Assembly: GCA_002245135.1 (NCBI GenBank)
Contig: NGBS01001193.1
Span: forward strand, 62,001 to 82,121
Source: Proteromonas lacertae
Lineage: Eukaryota
DNA: 20,121 nucleotides
Reading direction: 5' to 3'
Shown here: positions 19,636 to 20,121 of the stretch, piece by piece
Layout: each line of letters begins with the position of its first letter
Position numbering within the stretch: position 1 is the first letter of the stretch
Notes under the pieces: generated by a model
Told to the model about the DNA's origin: nothing
Database searches by the model: none
Seen by the model: the letters and a program-made list of their open reading frames with translations, nothing else
Program-made: the position numbers and the translations under genes

Positions 19636-19995
19636 TTTTGAAAATCGAGTCGTTTCAAATTTTAATTTTTCTCTTTACTAACGCTAACATATGCTCTACA
19701 TATATATTGTTCTATATATTCTCTCTATCATAACCATAATCATTCCGAAACTTATACTAAATCACTATTCACCAAATGAAGGATAATCACTCACTTTAGG
19801 ATGTTTTTATCATTCTTCAATAATACATATTTTCCTTCATGTTATATTCAAACTATTATAAGTTTTATATAACGACAATATGAACGATTTAATTATTCTG
19901 GTTATTGAAAATAATATGCTAAAATAACCCATAAATTTAAAATTGAATAAATGAATGTTTTGTTGTTGTTATTCTAAGTCTCAAATCTTTCGAAT

Positions 19996-20117
19996 ATGTC
20001 TGCTCAATTAGTAATTCTTATTATAGGTCTTTGTGTGGTTTTTATTGACATATCTTCTTCTGTTTTACTATTTTTCTGGTTCAGTAGAAAAGAAAGAAAT
20101 AAAATCACCAAATCATG
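19996..20117 (+). CDS. Probable first exon of a membrane protein (partial)
   Basis: MSAQLVILIIGLCVVFIDISSSVLLFFWFSRKERNKITKS: a hydrophobic stretch then a basic patch, ending at a GTAA donor-like site (20118) at the window edge. Confidence 0.5.
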
Positions 20118-20121
20118 GTAA

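Noticed and set aside
19700..19900. Possible gene fragment or ncRNA
   Set aside because: Stops in the frames checked and no recognisable motif or structure.
20004..20121. Minus-strand 3' gene end (...RPIIRITN*)
   Set aside because: The + strand reading with ATG, hydrophobic helix and donor site is more coherent, though the minus reading is not fully excluded.
1..20121. CRISPR array, rRNA, transposase or reverse transcriptase
   Set aside because: No regularly spaced repeats or diagnostic motifs seen.

Overview
AT-rich eukaryotic nuclear DNA, standard code, with tiny GT-AG introns (25-46 nt, mostly 28-33 nt). This intron style fits a Blastocystis-like stramenopile, which is an inference. From left to right the window holds: (1) a giant intron-free minus-strand ORF (1-7010, at least 2336 aa, runs off the window so the ORF track omits it) encoding a secreted/surface protein with FN3, 'EVQ'-type, filamin-like and PA14 modules nested inside one another; (2) tRNA-Arg(UCG); (3) a 4-exon BTB/BACK gene; (4) a disrupted pseudokinase-LRR gene; (5) an intronless ADP-ribosylglycohydrolase; (6) a duplicate of the pseudokinase-LRR locus that keeps only its two flanks fused together; (7) a 6-exon SMYD (SET+MYND) gene, head-to-head with (8) a 7-exon sugar-porter MFS gene; (9) a small CxxC-CxxC zinc-finger gene; (10) a second, heavily decayed pseudokinase-LRR paralog; (11) a probable first exon at the right edge. 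The most notable signals are the nested-domain giant protein, the birth-and-death pseudokinase-LRR family with its TGAAACGA flanking motif and deletion derivative, and near-identical 28-nt introns in two unrelated genes. All gene models were built by hand and no database searches were run.
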